NCBI GenBank assembly: GCA_002269645.1
Contig: NIVC01001849.1
Span: forward strand, 1 to 64,000
Length of the DNA: 64,000 nucleotides
Source: Macrostomum lignano
Lineage: Eukaryota
Reading direction: 5' to 3'
Made by a program: the position numbers and the translations under genes. The notes beneath the pieces are model-generated. The model was not told the DNA's origin, made no database searches, and was given only the letters and a program-made list of their open reading frames with translations. Below, in pieces: positions 59,979-64,000 of this stretch (positions within the stretch are counted from its first letter, which is position 1; every line of letters begins with the position of its first letter).

Positions 59979-60569
59979 AGGCGCCAATTTAACGCCCCAG
60001 ACATTAAATTGGCGCCAGTTAATTAAAATTTGACGCCAATTAAATTTTTCGGCGTCAAGTCATACAGGCCTCTGATCAACACTGCTTCTCCACTCCAGGT
60101 TCTGAATCTGGAACTCCTTGATTCTTTCAGAGAGAAAGCAAGAGATATTGCGATACCGCCAGCAGCCAGCCGCCTTCGCGCACGCTTATTCACCCATTTT
60201 CCCCCTTTCTTTCTTCCCAACATTCTGCCTCTAACGCTTCTAGAATGCAAAGCTCCGGTTGCTATGGGCCCTATTTCACTGCTTAGTCAGCGTCTGTCTG
60301 CAACGGACAAAACCAGAGACAAAATGGCTCTCTGCAACGAAGACAGATTTTGTTCGTTAAAACATTTGCTGCCGGCTGGGCAGGGCCTGGCTAGGAAACT
60401 GCTGTTCCATGCCAGGCAAAAAACCGCTCTGGTCCACTGTTTCCTAATTAGCGGCGCGAACGAATGCCGTTGCAGCAGGGCGCTCTAGAATAATTCGACA
60501 AAATTGTATTGATTGCTTAATGAAGGCTGTGTGCTTGTTGAGTGAGTTCGGATTGCAGTTTAGCTTTAA

Positions 60570-61020
60570 TGTCATTGACTGAGCCCTCTCCTCTCCGTTC
60601 AGAAGTTATCACTGCTCTCCCCTCTCCTCTCTCCGCTCAGATGTTATATCTCCTCTTATCTCCCTCTATTCTTCACTCACATCTCTCCCCTCTCCGCTCA
60701 GATGTTATCGCTCCTCTCATCTCTCTCCTCCCATCTCTGTCCTCTCATCTCTCTCCTCTCACCTCTTTCCTCTACTCTCCACTCTCATCACTCTCCTCTA
60801 CTCTTCCCTCTCATCTCTCTCCTCTTATCTCTTTCCTCTTATCTCTTTCCTCTACTCTCCCCTCTCATTTTTCTCCTCTCACCACTCTCCTCTCATCTCT
60901 CTCCTCTTATCTCTCTCCTCTTCTCTAATCTCTCCTCTCCCCTCTCCTCTCTCCTCTCACCCCTCTCCTCTACTCTCCCCTCTCATCTCTCTCCTCTGTT
61001 CTGCTACTCATCTCTCTAAT
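60570..61020. repeat. CT-rich low-complexity repeat
   Basis: Degenerate ctctcctctcatctct-type units. Confidence 0.85.
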
Positions 61021-61400
61021 CTGCTCTTCCTCCCTGTCATCTTTCTCCTGTGCAGTTTCGTCGCATCTTCTTTCATATTGTCCATGAGCACAATGAACAA
61101 AAATCCAACGTAAAAATAATTTGTCAATATACTTCAATATACTCGTAGAAAAAGTCATACCCAAGTCTAGAGGCAGAGAATGCTTATTATTTAACAAATA
61201 CTCCTTGCTACTCGAATTAACGAGATATATTTGATTGGCTAATCAATTGATCAATTTTGCATGCTTTGCAAACGAATGGCGGGTTATTAGAGGCTGTACA
61301 AAGGTGACAAACAATTCTGTACAAAATTTAAACAATTTTCCAACCTATGAGATAATAGCACACTATGGACAGCAGTTATAGTTAGCGAACAAAGTTCGAA

Positions 61401-61880
61401 GGCGGGGAGAGAGGCGGGGAGAGAGGCGGGGGGAGAGAGGCGGAGGGAGAGAGGCGGAGGGAGAGAGGCGGAGGGAGAGAGGCGGAGGGAGAGAGGCGGA
61501 GGGAGAGAGGCGGAGGGAGAGAGGCGGGAGAGAGGCGGAGGGAGAGAGGCGGAGGGAGAGAGGCGGGAGAGAGGCGGAGGGAGAGAGGCGGAGGGAGAGA
61601 GGAGGGAGAGAGGCGGAGGGAGAGAGGCGGAGGGAGAGAGGCGGAGGGAGAGAGGCGGAGGGAGAGAGGCGGAGGGAGAGAGGCGGAGGGAGAGAGGCGG
61701 AGGGAGAGAGAGAGGCGGAGGGAGAGAGACGGAGGGAGAGAGAGAGGCGGAGGGAGAGAGGCGGAGGGAGAGAGAGAGGCGGAGGGAGAGAGGCGGAGGG
61801 AGAGAGGCGGGGAGAGAGGCGGAGGAGAGAGGCGGAGGGAGAGAGGCGGAGGGAGAGAGGCGGAAGAGAGGCGGGGAGAG
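61401..61880. repeat. 14-bp purine-rich minisatellite (GAGAGGCGGAGGGA)
   Basis: About 34 copies. Confidence 0.97.
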
Positions 61881-62344
61881 GAGGAAGTATGGAAAGTGCA
61901 TTTTTGTTTCAAACCGAATTAGTCCTTTTATAAATCTAGTTCCCTGGTGAAAAACAGTTTGATGCAGAGATTGATGCAGATTAAAAAATACACCATTTAC
62001 GAGCTACATTTGTTCAACTAATTCACTAGAACGAATTGGCGTCTGTAACAGATAGGTGCAGACTGAGTCCTACTCGAGAGTGCAATCAATCTAAGCGGTA
62101 CAAAGAACTCACAGCCAGAAGCAGAACTGGACAATATTGAGCGATTTCTATGCAGCGATTATCGTAAAAATCACCACTTAACGGGCTAGAAGCACTCAGA
62201 TTAGGCAGTAATACGTAATTCAGCGCTGAGGCAGTTACACTTCGTTTCTATTTGAAACGGAAAATTTTTCCTTCGCTGCCTACTCATCAACAGCTGTTCA
62301 GTAGGCGGAAAAGCAAGTTGCTGCTAATAATAATCAACTATTTA

Positions 62345-62935
62345 TTATGCCTCCTGCCCCTCCCCAGCGGCGGAGGCTTCGCCGCCCTCCCTCAGCAGCG
62401 AGTTGGCCTCGCGCAGCAGGGTGTCCGCCTTGCGCAGCATCCGCCTGCTCAGCTCCAGGCGAGCGTTCGGCCCGCCGCCGCTGCTTGCGCCACCCGATGA
62501 TACTGATGCCGCCTCAGCGTCCGCCTCATCGGCGGCAGTTGTCGATATCAGGAAGGGCGCCGATTCCGAGGCCGACGCCGCGCCGACTCCGTTGGCAATG
62601 GAGTTCGGCCTGCAGTTCCCTGCTTGCCGCTGCCGCTGCTGCTGCCGCTGCTGCAGCTGCTGCAACTGCTGCTGCTGCCGCAACAGCTGCGACGGGTGCG
62701 GAGGCGGCGGCGGCGGACCGTGCGACTCGCGGCGGGACACGCCGCCGTTGGCCCCGACGGCCACTGTGTCGTAGAGGGCGCGGCAGCTGCCGGCTTCAGC
62801 GGCGCTCGGCGCCATGGAGCCAGGCGGCAGAGTTCTGGAGCGAGTCAGTCGGGAGCCGCCGCGTGGGAGCTCCTCGTACTGACTGTCCCGGCCCGAGGCG
62901 GCGGCTGCTGCTGCCGCGGTTTCGTCCTCGGTCAC
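62345..62935 (-). CDS. Probable terminal coding exon of an unidentified gene (196 aa, low complexity, C-terminal amphipathic helix)
   Basis: Acceptor ccgtccag|GTG at 62936/62935; GC-rich open frame with the Ala/Gln/Pro runs seen in this genome's exons; TAA overlapping an AATAAA. No family recognised. Confidence 0.65.
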   Translation of the reverse strand: MTEDETAAAAAAASGRDSQYEELPRGGSRLTRSRTLPPGSMAPSAAEAGSCRALYDTVAVGANGGVSRRESHGPPPPPPHPSQLLRQQQQLQQLQQRQQQRQRQAGNCRPNSIANGVGAASASESAPFLISTTAADEADAEAASVSSGGASSGGGPNARLELSRRMLRKADTLLREANSLLREGGEASAAGEGQEA

Positions 62936-63127
62936 CTGGACGGTGCTGACGCAGAGGCACGCACCGAGACAGCCCGGCGGTTGCTGCTTTCGGCGTCGCA
63001 GCTCTGCAAGTAGTTGGCGGAGGCGAGGATGTGGGCGGAGAAGGGAGCGGATTTTGCGGCTGAGATAAGGGCGGTTGTAGGAGGATGCACTAATAGGTAG
63101 ATGTAGAAGTGGTAGATGTAGAAATGG

Positions 63128-63597
63128 CGGATGTATGAAGGGGCGGATTTATGAAGGGTGGATGTATGAAGGGGCGGATGTATGAAGGGGCGGATGTATG
63201 AAGGGTGGATGTATGAAGGGGCGGATTTAAGAAGGGGCGGATTTATGAAGGGTGGATGTATGAAGGGGCGGATTTATGAAGGGGAGGATGTATGAAGGGG
63301 CGGATGTATGAAGGGGCGGATGTATGAAGGGCGGATTTATGAAGGGTGGATGTATGAAGGGGCGGATGTATGAAGGGGCGGATTTATGAAGGGTGGATGT
63401 ATGAAGGGGCGGATTTATGAAGGGGCGGATGTATGAAGGGGCGGATGTATGAAGGGGCGGATTTATGAAGGGTGGATGTATGAAGGGGCGGATTTATGAA
63501 GGGGCGGATGTATGAAGGGGCGGATGTATGAAGGGGCGGATGTATGAAGGGGCGGATTTATGAAGGGGCGGATTTATGAAGGGGCGGATTTATGAAG
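63128..63597. repeat. 16/15-bp minisatellite (TATGAAGGGGCGGATK), probably intronic to the last gene
   Basis: About 30 copies. Confidence 0.96.
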
Positions 63598-64000
63598 TGG
63601 CAGATTGAAATGGTTGATTCGAGTCACTGACAGGTGAAGTCGTGGATGAAGACTGAGGCAAGGTGGAACTTGATGAATGAACGGAGGGAGGAAGGAACGA
63701 ATGATGGGGCTGACGAATCCATTCAGCCTGACGGTCTGATCGATCCCAAACCAGACAGGATGAGAATGGGATGCGGGAAGGTGGATGAAGCGGGAATCTG
63801 CCAGACCCCTGACCCTAAGGAGGGATCCCGTGCCTTTTCTGACTCAGATCTCAGAAAGGCATTATTTATCACAATTCTCTTCTTACCTCAATCTCTTACA
63901 ATCTCTTACCTCAACCTCTCCCTCCTCCTCGCCTTTCATCTTTTCCGACTTACGACGCGGGTTCCTTGTGTGTGTTTGTGTGTGCGCTGGCCCCGTCCTC

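Noticed and set aside
60258-60267. RFX X-box half site GTTGCTATGG upstream of tubulin
   Set aside because: Only a half match, 1.2 kb from the ATG; too weak without conservation data.

Overview
Eukaryotic (metazoan) genomic DNA with spliceosomal GT-AG introns, dominated by tandem repeats. The GC-rich coding sequence, repeat-filled introns and an anion-type nicotinic receptor suggest a lophotrochozoan such as a Macrostomum-like flatworm; this is inference, not proven. Genes I could reconstruct by hand: (1) an ERR/NR3-like nuclear receptor (+, exons 7341-7580, 8395-8867, 11159-11569; 5' exon not found) with unusual zinc-finger spacing and an apparent frameshift in the ligand-binding domain; (2) an intact 559-aa Cys-loop nicotinic-type subunit (+, 36727-37377, 47906-48313, 48694-49314) with an anion-selective Pro-Ala-Lys M1-M2 motif, no loop C vicinal cysteines and Arg in place of the loop B Trp; (3) a dead, internally deleted piggyBac transposase (+, about 50572-51909); (4) an intact but divergent 450-aa alpha-tubulin (-, five exons, 53595-59064) with Thr at position 40; (5) the last exon of an unidentified gene (-, 62345-62935). 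An approximately 18-kb 27/26-bp satellite (17860-36152) ends about 575 bp before the receptor ATG. Every intron I mapped carries its own tandem repeat. The first 7.3 kb is strongly CpG-depleted. I found no rRNA, tRNA or CRISPR array. Most long ORFs in the track are artefacts of stop-free repeat units. Repeat boundaries and copy numbers were estimated by eye.
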